A stretch of 64,000 nt of DNA from Epithemia pelagica (GCA_946965045.2 OX337240.1:2914001-2978000); one strand, 5' to 3'. Shown: positions 33,801-46,996, numbered from the stretch's first letter. The notes: a model not told the origin generated them from the letters alone. Numbers and translations: made by a program.

Positions 33801-36604
33801 GAGATTGGATGCAGCGGGGCCACAACACATGTATGGTGTGCAGCCAGGATATTCAAAGTCTATTGTACTTCTGTCCTATGACACGTTCTGTTCAAAGAAC
33901 ATATACTCATCCTTCTGAACACAAAGCAATCTATCAGTCACCAGAGTGTGAGAAGCCTAAATACCAGCAATGGGGAGGAAATAACTCATCACGTTCCGTT
34001 GCAATGCCTGCGAATTGGGGTAACCGGAGTGAGCTGCCTGAAGAAAGACATAGAACAGAGCAAACCCAACATGATAACGAAAGAACCAAGGACAAGAGAG
34101 AGAATCCACATGGGCTGTGGGGAGGACGGAATCAGAACAACGTCCTGTCGACAACTCGAAGCCCCAGAACAAATGAGTGGGGTTCGCTACCTGAACATGA
34201 CAGGCCAGTGTATTGTAAGCATGGACAGAATCGATTCAATGATGATCATCCAGGATCGAGAGGATCTAATACATCGGATTATCATGGGTCTCGTCATTCA
34301 CATTTCGATCAAGATAACCAACAAACTAGAAGAGGAGTCATTGAACGACAAGACCAACATGGATACCATGATAACCACCAAGACGAGTCTAGAGGGAGAA
34401 GAGATCAAATCATGGAAAACACTTACCGGGATAGAAAAAGAAGACATGATAATCAAAATCAATTGTCTAATCGACATTCGATGGATTGGAGGAGATTCTC
34501 TGGATACAACGAACATTCGAGAGAACATACAAGGCACCATTCGGTATATAGAGATAGCCACAATCAATGGTCTAATCGACATCCGATGGATCCGATGGAT
34601 TGGGAGAGATTCCCTGGATACAACGAACATTCCAGGCACCATTTGTCACTTAGAGACAGTCATCCTGGACACAACGATCATTCTAGGCGTACCAGTCAGA
34701 GAGAGCCTAACCGTCCCTCAACTGATAGAGGTAATAGTCAACCAAATCAATCACCTCGTAGAGAGAGAGAAAAGGACATTCATCACACTACAGCGAGTCG
34801 TGGAGGGCAGGATGGCCTATCCAAACTTGGTTGGAATTCCAAGGACAATCAGGAGAGGGATGATCGGAACAGACAGAGCGGTCAGAAAGCAACCTCCAGT
34901 CACCAAGATGAATGTGGACAAGGAGAAGAGATACAAAGCAGAGATGGCAACGGTTCTACAGACAAACAAAAGGGCAAGGAATGTGGCAAGCAAGAGATTG
35001 TTGCTTACGAACAACACGGAAATTCTGGAGAGAACGGGTCTAAGAATGCCAACAACACACCTGACAGTGATAATCCGTCTAGCTGTCACAATGACAGTGT
35101 CAACCAAGATGATGCGACACAAACCAAAGAAGGAAAGGATAGTACAGACAAACAAAAAGGTAGCAACAAGAACAACGTTGACCAAATGACAAAAAACGAC
35201 CATAACAAGGGAAGTAGCATCAACACGACAACACAAACGGATCAGCGCATACAAGACGAACGAGGTACGAAGGAGATTCACAAGTCTCCAATACACGGTA
35301 ATCATGACGATACTGACGAACAGAATACTTCACCGGAAAGGAAAAGAAAAGAATGTAAGACCATTGGTTCATCCAGGGGACTACCTACGAACAAGCAACG
35401 ACGACAAGAGGGCCTATCGAAGTTGACACTAACACATGAAACGATGAAGAAGTATAAGAGACGACAGGCTGAGAAACCTAGCCATTTGACGACAAAATTC
35501 TCCAAACCAAATGAATCCGATCATACAGAAATGTGTTTTTTTGGAATTCCTGACATGGACAAGGTAGCAAAAAGACTACGCGACTTACTATCACTCTGTC
35601 TCAGTAGCAATGATGATCGGAGAATGTTCGGCATCTGCTATACAAAGGTTCTGAAAGACTACGACATCACACCAACAGACCTCCAGACAATCATGGGAAA
35701 ATTACCTAACATATACGAACAAATGAAAGACATGGTTGGTGAGGTGACGGAAGATCCAGCAAGCCATTGTTGTTTCGAAGACAACAAGCTTCATGTGACA
35801 GAATGTGACCCGAAGTTCCTAACAACCCGGTCTCCATGTGCCTTCTTGGTAGAATGTGTACTGAATCGCTGTCAACGACATAAGGGACATCGGAAATACC
35901 CCAAAACCGTGTGGTCTGCGTTTGACGATACAATCTTCCATTGTCGCACATCCAAGAAAAACTGTGATGATTGTATGGACCATATTTTCCATGACGTGAT
36001 CGTTATCATCCCTTTGGCCGGTATTTCTTATACTTCGGCAATGATAATGAATACTGGGTATGCAACATCGGAATGCACTTCATCTTTGGTAGCACTACCT
36101 ATATCCTGGCTGCGTTTACGACATTCCGACGGCCAACCAAGTGGTGGGGCATTCCTCAAAAAGGTTGTCAAGTGTTGGTGTATTGATTGGACACAAAGTG
36201 CAAAGAGAGTTGTCCGTGAATGCTACCAAGCGTCTGATGTTGAAAGTGGTTCTCCACTTTGGGCCCCTGATCATTACACAAGTGAAAAGTCCAGACCAAA
36301 AATGACACCAAATGACCAACATTCTCTTAGAGTGTGGTATCGTGAAACACTGCTGAATAAAGCCAGTGCTAACAAGACTGGATGCCGAAAGTACGTCCAT
36401 GGAGCATTGTATAGAAACCTGTCCCCTCCGCCTGATACTTCGGTCCGTCCGCTCCTGTTTGATGTAAGGGATACCGGAGAAGATACAACATTCATTGTTC
36501 GGACACGTGGGTACGCGGGTAAAAACGAAACCTTGGGAATTGTGCCTGGTCCTTTGCAATTGGGCTTCAATTGTGAGTACACCAACGCCCGTCCAGCAAT
36601 ATGA
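30859..36604 (+). CDS. Transposon-borne large double-RING-finger protein; probable exons 30859-31908 and 31985-36604 (~1889 aa)
   Basis: Two RING-like motifs (CVCC...CGHLVHGNC...CPQC and CSIC...CRHTFCREC...CMVC) and a long R/H/Q/D-rich low-complexity middle. A phase-0 intron at 31909-31984 (GTAAGA..TCTTAG) joins the 363-aa and 1523-aa ORFs in frame; the join is inferred. Confidence 0.65.
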
Positions 36605-37437
36605 CAGAATCGCCAGACGAAGTACTTGTTGCAAGAGTTCCAACAACCATGCGAGAAGACGCATTCTGAATAAGAATTGCATGGCCTTAAGCAAGACTTA
36701 CACACCAATGGAACCTTGTTTATGTCTGATTCTTCGCGTGTGATATTCATCGAATCATGGATATACAGGGCTTCGGTGCAACAACGTTCATTCCCACCTG
36801 AATCACATCCGTTCATGGGCACTCCACAACCATAACAACAATCGGCACATGAGAGAGATTTACCGAAGCGATGCCAACATTTTCCTGTAAGTCTACGATC
36901 TGTTGAAAGGTTGTCGGTTACAAAACACCAAGGACAGACTGGCTCTGAGGGAACATCATTGGATCCATAGATTTTATTGACAAGCTCAGTGAACCAAATA
37001 ACTTCGAGATGCAGCTTATCTTGGTTTGCTCTTGGTTTACACATTGGAGGAGAGTCATGTAATAGCAAGATTGGAATAGTAGATGGATCGGCAACCTTGA
37101 GCTTCTTCTTATATGGGTTTGGGATCAACTGATACGATGGGCGCTTGATTGGTGGAAGTTTCTTCTCCTCTTCTTCCTTGGTATCAAGCTTAGAAGAAGG
37201 AAGTGGATGACATTTGATTATTGATTTGGACGCAGGCGGTGGCTTCTTGTCATGTTCACCGTCGCAAGTTTTCGGGGTTGGAGAGTGCGTTTTGACCATG
37301 GGGGTCTCTATTTCCTCTAGCTCGTATGGGTTGATCATCATTTCTTCATTAGATGGAGGTATCTTTGTGACTGGAAAGTTTGGTTTGACCACCAAGGGTG
37401 GAACTGTTTTCTTCCTCGATTTGTATGGGTTGATCAT
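36274..37437 (-). CDS. Hypothetical Cys-rich protein with repeated NPY motifs
   Basis: 387-aa ATG-initiated ORF with MINPYK, MINPYE and IPNPYK, then a dense Cys/His cluster. It overlaps the 3' end of the RING gene on the opposite strand by 331 bp. Confidence 0.45.
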   Translation of the reverse strand: MINPYKSRKKTVPPLVVKPNFPVTKIPPSNEEMMINPYELEEIETPMVKTHSPTPKTCDGEHDKKPPPASKSIIKCHPLPSSKLDTKEEEEKKLPPIKRPSYQLIPNPYKKKLKVADPSTIPILLLHDSPPMCKPRANQDKLHLEVIWFTELVNKIYGSNDVPSEPVCPWCFVTDNLSTDRRLTGKCWHRFGKSLSCADCCYGCGVPMNGCDSGGNERCCTEALYIHDSMNITREESDINKVPLVCKSCLRPCNSYSECVFSHGCWNSCNKYFVWRFCHIAGRALVYSQLKPNCKGPGTIPKVSFLPAYPRVRTMNVVSSPVSLTSNRSGRTEVSGGGDRFLYNAPWTYFRHPVLLALALFSSVSRYHTLRECWSFGVIFGLDFSLV

Positions 37438-37632
37438 TGTTTGAAGAGGAGTAGAATAGCCTTACTGACTGAAGACTGAGGATGACTTTTGGAAAACGAT
37501 GGAAAGTATCTACTATTTCATCCAATTTGTGTGTGACACTCTGAGTTGAATTGGTCGGCTCGCGTACGGTTGGGGGGGAGATTAGGAGGGGAGTGCTGGT
37601 ATGTGACAACCCCCCATAGAGGCAAATTATGA

Positions 37633-40600
37633 TCATGACGTCGAATTGCTAACGGATTGTTTCAATCTTTCTTTCATTTCATTACAGCGTTTCTCGAGAT
37701 TGTCACGGGCACTTTCATTGAATTCGGAAGCCCATTCTTTGATGTTGCGTACGGCCCAGACATTGTCACTAAAGTTTCTCAAATTACGACTGTCTTCTTG
37801 GAGTAAATCTTTTTCAAGTGAAGAATGGAAATATGTTGGGATAGAATCACGGTCTTGAATCATTTCTGGGTTCTCATCCACTGTGCGTTTCTCGAGATTG
37901 TCACGGGCACTTTCATTGAATTCGGAAGCCCATTCTTTGATGTTGCGTACGGCCCAGACATTGTCACTAAAGTTTCTCAAATTACGACTGTCTTCTTGGA
38001 GTAAATCTTTTTCAAGTGAAGAATGGAAATATGTTGGGATAGAATCACGGTCTTGAATCATTTCTGGGTTCTCATCCACTACACCAACAACCTCAACAAT
38101 ATTCCGTAGTGGAACCATGACAATTTCAGCTATTCGATGTAGGTCAAAACGCTTACGCCATTTTTGAAAGAGAACGGATGATTTATCGATATCAGCTGCA
38201 CTCCGTACATATGTTGTTCGGAGAAGGACATGGGTCATCTCGGGTGAAGTTGAAGGTTGACATACCGGTGATGGTTGCATTTGTATGTGGTCTGTTCGAG
38301 TAATGGGTCTTTGAATGAAGCATATCGTTTGACATAGGATGGTATCAAATTCTCCGAGAGGTTGGTTGTATACCTCATCAAGAGGTTTCCTTTTTTTCTT
38401 TGGAACTTTAGCCATCACCCAATCTCTCCATGGCCCCTCGCTTTGATAATTCGGATGAGCCCGTATATTTCCTATCCTGGGGTCTTCGAACTTAAGTTCT
38501 GTGCTCCCGAACAATTCCAGTGTGGTTGAAGTCTCATTTGTTGGATCATCACTCATCCTGTCTATATGATGAAAAAAGCGTTTGTAATGTAATCGAAAGA
38601 AGTGATTACAAAACTGTGGCAATGTCATGTCATGATTTGTTTTGGAATGGAATTCGATATTCACTGATACCACATCCTCCTCGTGTGGTGCTGCTGTCAA
38701 TCGCCTGTGTACACTACTCGTCTGGTTTCGGTTTGATCCGTCTTGTTCTTTTCTGGTCGTGCCTGGAACTTGAATCGACATACCCAATGGAGACGGAAGA
38801 TCCTTGTCTATTTCATCTGATGGCTGGTCTTGATTATCACCAGAAGTATGTACGTTCGTGTGAGGTACTGGAATCAAACATTTTTCTCTGGTCATGGATA
38901 CTACTATGACCGTTCCACGGCTATTCGAGGTTGATGTGGTAGGGAGTTGGTTTTGGGATCCCTTTTTTCTCCTTATTTCATAAGGCGACTTCCCTTCCTG
39001 GAGAAAGGTGACATGATCTTCTTCAAGACCTGTTGCTTCCTGCAGCATTTCCAAGCTTTGCATCCACCAGATATTTTCTGCAAGTTGCGACTCAAAAATT
39101 CCTTTTCCACGTTTCTGTACCGTTTTTGCATTCAATTTCACAATTTCCTTATGATTACTTTCCTCTGACTCCACATCAAGCAGTCGTGCTGGTCCAAAAT
39201 TCTGAATCTGTTGTATAATGTGTATGAGATTGTGGAATTTTGGTATCATCCACCCGTTGGACATCAATTTGCCTTTTTATCGAGCCTGGGTGCATATCTC
39301 CTGATGCCATCCATCAAAATCCGCACTGATTCGAGAGACTTGGATGCTGTTGTTTGTCCTTCTTGTGAGTCTGGGTCTGTTTCCCAGAATGTATCCATAC
39401 GAATCCAGCTGTTGAAACACAAAAGAGTCTCGAATAGATGCAGGAAGTCTATGTATGGTTCCCGCTCATCAACATCCCAGATAGACCTGTAAGCAACTGG
39501 GTCATCATCAAAAACAGTTTCAGCTGTGATATCAATGTCAACACTATCATCATCATCAAGACGTGTACGTTCGTACTCTTCATCTGGTGGAGTATCATCC
39601 TCATTGTCAGCAATAGGTTCACTTGTCTCTTGCACTTGATCCAAGTCCGCTTGACATGTCTTGTTGGTGGTTTTGGATGTTTGCTTTACTTGTCGTTTTT
39701 TCCATTCCGCAACCACCTTGTTCCATTTCTTTGCCATATTCTTCGCGAATATAAGGCGACCTCTGGCAGTGGCACATAGAGCTGCTGAAGCAAACATGAT
39801 CCCAACCCACTCATTGGCAGTTACTTTTGACAGGTTACTGATCCCGGTCGAGAATGATGTTCCGGGATATCCAAGTTTCGATGAATACGAGAATACAGTC
39901 TGTCTACTTGCCCGAAAGATTGAATTGTAGACATAATCAAACATGGCCCGTTCAGTTTTTGTCATCAACGTGAAAAAGTCAATCATGATGTATCTCATTA
40001 TCCCAGATTTCAATGTATGAAGAACATCACAACTAGTGGCCGAGAAAATTCCATGTTCAGAATTGGTTCCTTCACCCAGGTAAACCTTGGAAAAACAAAG
40101 ATCGACTGCATATTGTCCCATGTCATGCAATTGGGTTTTTGCAGCTGACACAAGGGTATTGACCCCTCCATCTCTGCTATTTTCTTGACTTACTTGCGAT
40201 GTGCTCAAACAGGTAGGAACAGTCAAAGTCGAAAATGTATCATTGTCTCTCTCTTGGTAATCAACATCCTGTTCAGTCAGTTTTTCTCGATTCTCATTAA
40301 GACCCAATGCATTCAAGCACATTTTGTATGTACTTGCAGCATTGATATAAGAACATTCATGCCATGGGTATCTGCTATCCCTTGGTTTAATGTTGCAACA
40401 CCATGATAGTCTTCCAACACTTGGATGATGCGAGGCATACCGACCTGCAAGGTTATCCTGAGACTTCCCGTCTCCTTTGACAACAATCATTGGCAATATC
40501 AAACGGACAACTTTGATAATCCCATGGAGACGTAGTTTCATCCATAAACCTTCCTGTTTTTGGATACTGACAAGACCTTCGAGGATCTTAGTCAATTGAG

Positions 40601-41687
40601 CATGATAATTTTGGCAAGGAGTCCCTTTATCGAGGATATGTTTTACCGCTGATGATTTTCTTTCCATGTCTGTAATAGTCCCAAGGATGATCTGTCGCCT
40701 TGCTTTCCTCATTTGTGTTTCCGTTAGAAAAGATGGCACCATTACAACAGGCTCCGATGTATATCTTCCATCCCCTGTTGCATGTGTTTTGTCCATATAA
40801 CAGACAAGACCAACCACGAAGGCATCTGGATCATCTCTATATTTTTCCACTGTTTTCCGAAATACTTCTCCGTCTTGTATATTTTGGATGTGCTTGTTTG
40901 GAACATATGGACGATACGGATCGTCATCATCGAGGATCGTATTTTCTTTCTTGGTTGCATCGGGATCTTGTAATACACGCTGTAGTTGACTGATCAAATC
41001 AAATACTGGTGTTGTTATTGATTTCTCACTCTCTGGTACAACCACACCCTGTTTTTGGGTGAATTCCATTGGTACCGGGAAAAATTTGGCCTTGGGATAA
41101 TTGAAACCTTTGGAAGAAAACTTTTCGATGAACGTTTTCCTCTTTGAATGGTTGTCCAGGAAGAACCCAGGACCGCATCTTGAGTATGTGTCACTCGACC
41201 ATGCCAGGATCGAATTGTACAAATATTTGGGGCAACCAGCTTTCCGAAGTAACATCATAAGTGAGACCAAGGCTGCATCGTGTTTATGAAGTTTCAATTG
41301 CTTCCCATCTCTATCGAGGAACGCAGGAAAATCAACCGGGCACTCCTTGCTGTTGCGCAGAATAATATTATCTGTATCACCAGGTACATAGTATGCTTTT
41401 GGTGGGTCAGCATGCGGAATAGTGGTTTCATCGTCCATGATATCAATATTCATTGGATCAGCATTCATATTACTGGCACAATCATTGTCGTCATCGCCAA
41501 CATTTGGCCATTTCCTTTGGGTGTTCATTTTCAATTCACAAACTGTTTCGTGACGGCTGATTCCTCTTGCATCGAAACGTGATTGACAGAAACGACACAC
41601 TTGAAAGGATATGAAGGACTCCTCTTGTTGGCTTGTATTTGAGCATCTCTTTCGCGACTTCTTTTTTACTTTACGACGCTGGCCCAT
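37633..41687 (-). CDS. Plavaka/CMC-type transposase, split by a 1-nt frameshift near 39270
   Basis: N-terminal C2HC-like finger CRFC...RHETVC; YMDKTH, VVKGDGKSQD, CDVLHTLKSGI; then GWMIPKFH...H, FGP...D...EESNHK. The family call is by recognition of these motifs, not by search. Confidence 0.7.
37687..38080. repeat. Perfect tandem duplication with 198-bp period in the transposase 3' end
   Basis: 37687-37882 equals 37885-38080; the VDENPEMIQ...RDNLEKR peptide appears twice in frame. Confidence 0.92.
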
Positions 41688-42251
41688 GATGGTACGATGC
41701 TGGTGGTTTTAGATTTTGGTTTGTAATGAAAAATGCTCTGTAATCGATTTCTGCAAATTGAGACATCGGTGGTCAATCTTGTGGCATATATCAGAATTTC
41801 TCCGCATTGGGTGGATCGGCCGACGTTGGTGCATAAAAGCGACTGAAAATCGCTTATGTACATGAACGGATCATAATATTTTCAAACGGTCGTGTGTATT
41901 TACTTAATCCAATCCAGCCTGCCGGGTTAGATACCAACGGTGATAGCAGCGATTGGAATTCAAACACTGTGTCAATGCCGAGGATACCGACACTGTCGAC
42001 ATTAGAAAGGAAATGACAATCATTCAAACCCATGCACCAATGTTCCATCTGACAAGTATGATGTACTTGAAACCACTTATGCTCATCTTCATACGTTCTC
42101 TAAAGGACCATCGTTCAAACACGGTGTTTATGATTCAAACATGGAGCATTCCAGCGTTTGAATTTGAATGGTTGTCCATCAGAGGTCTTGTTGTCACCCT
42201 GCTCTTGTTCACATCCTTGTCATAAATCAGACGGAGCATCCAAGATAAACG

Positions 42252-44244
42252 ATGGCAGGAGTCACCACCAGAAATGCAGCTCCAACGAGGCGTCGACCCT
42301 TAGCAGTCCGAAATGCAAACTATGGAAGTAATCAGAAAGAGGTTGAACGACAACGAAGAAGCATCTTGGCAGCAGTGGCAACAAGAAATAAAGAGAATCT
42401 TCCTAACAAGGACGGGACAATTACAAACAAAGATGCTCTTATTGCAGCAGCCAATGGAGGTTTAGTACTCCAAGAAGATAGTTCTGATGACGAGGAAGAA
42501 GAGGAACAGATCTCGATGAACAACGATCAAGCACAAGCACAAGAAGGCACAACTGTGGAAGGGAGTGGTAATCTTTTGGAGCAGGCAACAAATTCAGAAA
42601 GAGATGGAGCCGATGTGACTTCAGCAGATGATAGCAATAATGAACAGGGTGGGCTGAGAACACAACCATCATCTGGTTTTGCGCAACCAACAAACACGGC
42701 AGTTAATAACATGGAGGAGGACGACGTCGGTGTAAATATTCTCACTGGACCTGAAATGCAACGAGCATTGCAGAATATGAGCAATGGACCCAGTGAGTAT
42801 GATGGAGATGATTTTGATCCTAATGAGAGACATTTTCCTGCTGGAGGACTTGTCAGTAAGTTGTTAGATGCACAAAATGGAGGAGGACAATTTGTCGGTG
42901 AGACGGCTCTAATGACGGGGGTGTTTGTGGGTTGAATGCATCAGGTGATACCTTTGCTAACGACGTTTCTTCCCTTTCGGATATGTCGTCATCTTCATCA
43001 TCTACTTTGCTAACAACAGGGCCTGATCAGGCGATGGAAACTCTTCTACAAGACGATATTCAAAATCAGTTGGCACAGGAAACACAGACAACAACAGTAC
43101 ACCATAATCAATCATCTTGCCCGACAAGTACGATTGTAACATCCACTACACACAAAGGTTCTGTCGAAAAGGACAAGAATAAGAAGCAAAAGCTGAAGAA
43201 AAAGCCTGAGGTGGTATCGGAGAAGTTCTTTGATACATTTGTTCGGAAGGTGGCATGGCGTTATGTCAAGTATTTCTCCATGTCCGAAGATACTAAGGCA
43301 GATCCGAATGGTCTTTGGGGGAAGTATGGCAAAACATATTTTACTGAGCACTATTTCAAAGGCAAAGGCATTACGGATGCAAAACAACAAGAGGAGTGGT
43401 GGATTGAACATTCACCTTATATGCTTGACAAGTTCCGAAGCAAACGATCAAATGTTCTGGCTTCCATGCGAAATGCATTTATAAGTAAGTGTCAATCGAA
43501 GAGTGAATGTGTTGGTTCATCATGTCGTCTTCTCATAAAGAGATGTGAGATAATTTGTTGCTGAATCTAGAACATGTGGGTCTTGATCTATGGCGTGACA
43601 GTAATTTCCAGCGGAGGTATCCATGCCTTTTGAACGACTGTGAAGACTTTGGGCCAATGCCTACCCTGGAAGAATTTCTGTTATTGAGAGGAGAGAAGTG
43701 TGACAACTATGCCTATTCATATCTCTTGCAATTGTTTGGTCCATGTGTCTATGGTGAGAATATGCATAAAACCGTGATTGATTTCAATTTTGGTGACCAC
43801 ACTGAGCAGCAGGGAAAGGAACATTGCGAAAAGGCCTTGAAGTTATTCACTTCAAGTGACGAGGCATTCATATTGACCATCCTTGTGGATTGCTGGGATG
43901 TGTGGACTCACATGGGCAAGACCACTTTCAAGGCGAAACTATTTGAATTAAATCCAAGGTGGTACAATGAAAATGGTGTTGATCAAATGATTGATACATC
44001 CTCAGCAAGGTATCCTCGCTTCAAATATTCAGGCAGTTGGAACTCAAGTCGATGTATGAATGAGGATGGTATGGACTATTTTGAGGATATGGAAGAGAAA
44101 ATCGCTCGTGAAGACAGAGCAGGCGACCGCGGTATCTGGTTCATGATGTTTCTCAATGGGCAATATCGCTCTCGAATGGGGTATGCAGATGATGATGCTG
44201 TGACAAGGCCTTCTAAAAGGCCACGAAAACGGTCGTGGCAGTGA
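42252..44244 (+). CDS. Accessory (TnpA-like) transposon protein; probable exons 42252-42855, 42945-43484, 43571-44244 (605 aa)
   Basis: Two phase-1 GTAAGT..AG introns join three ORFs in frame (1818 nt). Motifs KFRSKRSNV..MRNAF and FTSSDEAFILTILVDCW. Transcribed divergently from the transposase. Confidence 0.65.
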
Positions 44245-44449
44245 TTGATCAGAGTGACAATTGGTTTCATTTCATATACTACTCCTATATAGCTACATGT
44301 ATTGTGTTCCATTCATTCGCTGGTTGTTAGTGGGAGTGTGTGCATGGTGTTAGTTAAATGCACTGTGTTCAACTTGCTTGCACTTGATGCTGGAGTAATG
44401 CGCATGATGGTGATGTGACACAATCAAGGATGAGTGCATACATAGGAGG

Positions 44450-44690
44450 GTATGTGATGACTGTTGGTTCTTGACTGTGCATGAAGGTGGAGGGATGTGA
44501 TGACTATTGGTTCTTGACTGTGCATGGTGTTGAAGTTGGTGAAATGTGGGTCATGCGCTTGCTGGTTCTGGAAAGCACATTTTTAGTAATAAAGTGAGGA
44601 AGGGCCATGCGCATGTTCTTGTAGGTGTGCGCATGTTCTTGTAGTTGTGCGCATGTTCTTGTAGGTGTGCGCGTGTCCTGCGCGCGGATG
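44450..44690. repeat. Right subterminal short tandem repeats of the 16-kb transposon
   Basis: GCGCATGTTCTTGTAG(G/T)TGT three times at 20-bp period and ATGTGATGACT(G/A)TTGGTTCTTGACTGTGCATG twice. Confidence 0.75.
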
Positions 44691-44772
44691 ATTCTAGTAG
44701 GATGCGCTTAGGGGTGCTTTCTTATCGATAATTAAACCGCCATAAACTGGCGTACCGTTCCTTCCTTAGATG

Positions 44773-46996
44773 TATACACTCCGAATTCGTTCTTGATCGT
44801 GCGAATGTGGCGCTCTATGTCACCGACATGCTCGTCTCGAGCTGTTGTATTAAGTTTTATTCCGAGCTCCCCTGTTCCCGCTTCCATGCTGTCACTCGCA
44901 AAGGCGCCGTCAGCTAGGAGAAACCGAGGGCGCAGACCGCCTCGTCGAAATACAGCGATGGTCTTCTTGATGGACCGAAGTAGGGTTCCTTCTTCTTTGT
45001 CCGCGATTGCGTCCATGGTGGAGAATCAAAATACGCGAGATGTCGTGGCGAGAAAGGACACATCATTGATATGCATTACGTTCATGGCAATGGTGACGTC
45101 TTTATGTTTTTCTTGAATGGGTGGTGGTATTGTGTCCGTTGTGTCCACCTTGGGTGGTCGTCTCCTGGTGGTCTTCCCTTTCAGGGAACCTAGGTCTTGT
45201 CCATAGATATGCTCTGCCCGCCTCACATCATCACTTGTATAAGGGGCGTTGGGTAGGAGCTTATGATTCAGAATATAGATAAGGTCTCTAGTTGACGGTC
45301 GGCCAATTTTGGCTTGTAGTGCCCGTACCTCTCTAGCTCTACGAATCTCAGATTCAGTATAAAGCGCTTCGTTGTTATTAACCGTGGTTAAGAAGCTACC
45401 ATGTATCGAAGAGAGATTCATATAGAAGAGGCCTTCAGGACTTTGCACAAACTTGTGCTTCAAGCGCCCCGTGGCTGGGTCAAGTAGTTGAAATTGATTG
45501 CCTTCATGGCTGTCGTAGGTAATGCGGTATCTGTTTTGAGCGGTGTGGAAAGATAAAATGTTGGCAGGCCCTTTTGGGTCATACCATACCAAGCCATATC
45601 CTGGCAATATTGCTTGTTGGTTCAGGATTCGTTCTCCGGCATGGCTGCTGATGGTGATTGGTGTCGTTGCTTGATGGATGTTGTGTAGAATGCTTGCATT
45701 GTGGATGATGTCCACTGTGGATTGATTGACGAGCAGGATCCAGTCAGGGGATATGTTAGACTGTAAGGCAGAAAAAGAGCAATGTTGAGAAGATGCGTTT
45801 TGGTTCAACATGGATTGGTGGTAAACTGTACCGTTTGAGTTGTCTCTGTTTCTATTGGTGGAGTCGGTTCCCTGAGCTGACTGTCGCCCATTTTGCGATT
45901 GACTCTGACCCGTAGTGGTCATTGTGGATCCTGTTAACGTGGATGCATCATCGCCTTGCGTACTGGCATTCTCGCGCGTGTGATAGGCCACACCTGTGGC
46001 GTTGTTCTCGTTGCTTTGTGTCTGGTGGCGACTATGCGTCTGCATTCTGTTATCTATGATGGCACGCGCATCGGCCAGTGTCTTTGGGTAACAGTTGCGT
46101 TTGTCCATGTCCAAGTAAGCGTTTTGTAGATGCGATTCATATTCGCGAGCGCCACATGTTCTGATGAAACGGATGGCCAGACACCTATGTTGAGCTTCTT
46201 CTTCGTCAGCCGTTGTTGGTGACCCAGCACGACCATTGTCAGCCGCTACTTGCTCCAGTAGATCCTTGTCGTATAACACCACGTCCAGTTCCTCCAGGAC
46301 TTGCGCTTTTGCGCGAAACAACTCGTAGTAGTTGTGCAAACTTTGGTTTTTACCCCTGCGCATCGTGTAGAACTCTTCCTTGAGCTTATCACGACCGACG
46401 AGAGGATAAATGCGCCCGGAATCGTATGTAAAAGTAGTTTGTTTGATCAATTTCAACAACGCTATACCGTTGCGCTTCTTCCGAATGTCATCATATTGCG
46501 TCTTTGCCTGTAGTTTGTCTTTCATCAACTGGGTACACTGCCCCAGGATGAGACTAAACATGGCGGCGCGGAAATTCTGATACTCCATCACCTGCTCAGC
46601 TCGCATTTTATACTTCATCTTCCACTCTTCTACGGCAAGGGTGTCTTTGTCATCTTTCGGTATTTCTACCTGGTCGGGTTCATCCAGTGACAATTCCTCC
46701 ACTGACTGCTGGAACTCCAGATTATATCGGTTGAATGTTGAGCCAATGTAACCGACCAGATACTCTACATTGCGCAAATACCGCTTGGACTGCGGGTCTT
46801 CGGAGTAGTCGAAGATGCAGTCTTTTAATGTAGGTTCTTGTCCTTGAAACTTGTTTGAGTTTCCTTGTTGTCCTCTGCCTCCACGTCCTCGACCACGACC
46901 ACCACGTCCTTGTCCGCTTCTTCCTCCGCGTCCGGTCATGCCGCCGCTTGACGACTCAGCTTGATCGGGCCGTGGTCCTTGCGGGGGTGTACTCAT
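44773..46996 (-). pseudogene. gag: Copia-2 gag-protease-integrase N-terminal part with an in-frame TGA at 45026-45028
   Basis: RGG-rich start, gag core, protease motif altered to ILLVNQST (catalytic Asp lost), pre-integrase KIGRPS, integrase DEHVGDIERHIRTIK. RVF*FSTMD continues in frame. Confidence 0.88.

Larger units (their letters stand above)
28732..44772. mobile_element. 16,041-bp Plavaka/CMC(EnSpm)-like DNA transposon with cargo genes
   Basis: TIRs CATCTAAGGA(G/A)GGAA. Duplicated target, most simply TATA at 28728-28731 and 44773-44776; its length is ambiguous inside the GTATAC palindrome. Removing the element restores the integrase sequence NEFGVYTTLPF. It encodes a transposase-like protein and has subterminal repeats at both ends. 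Confidence 0.88.
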
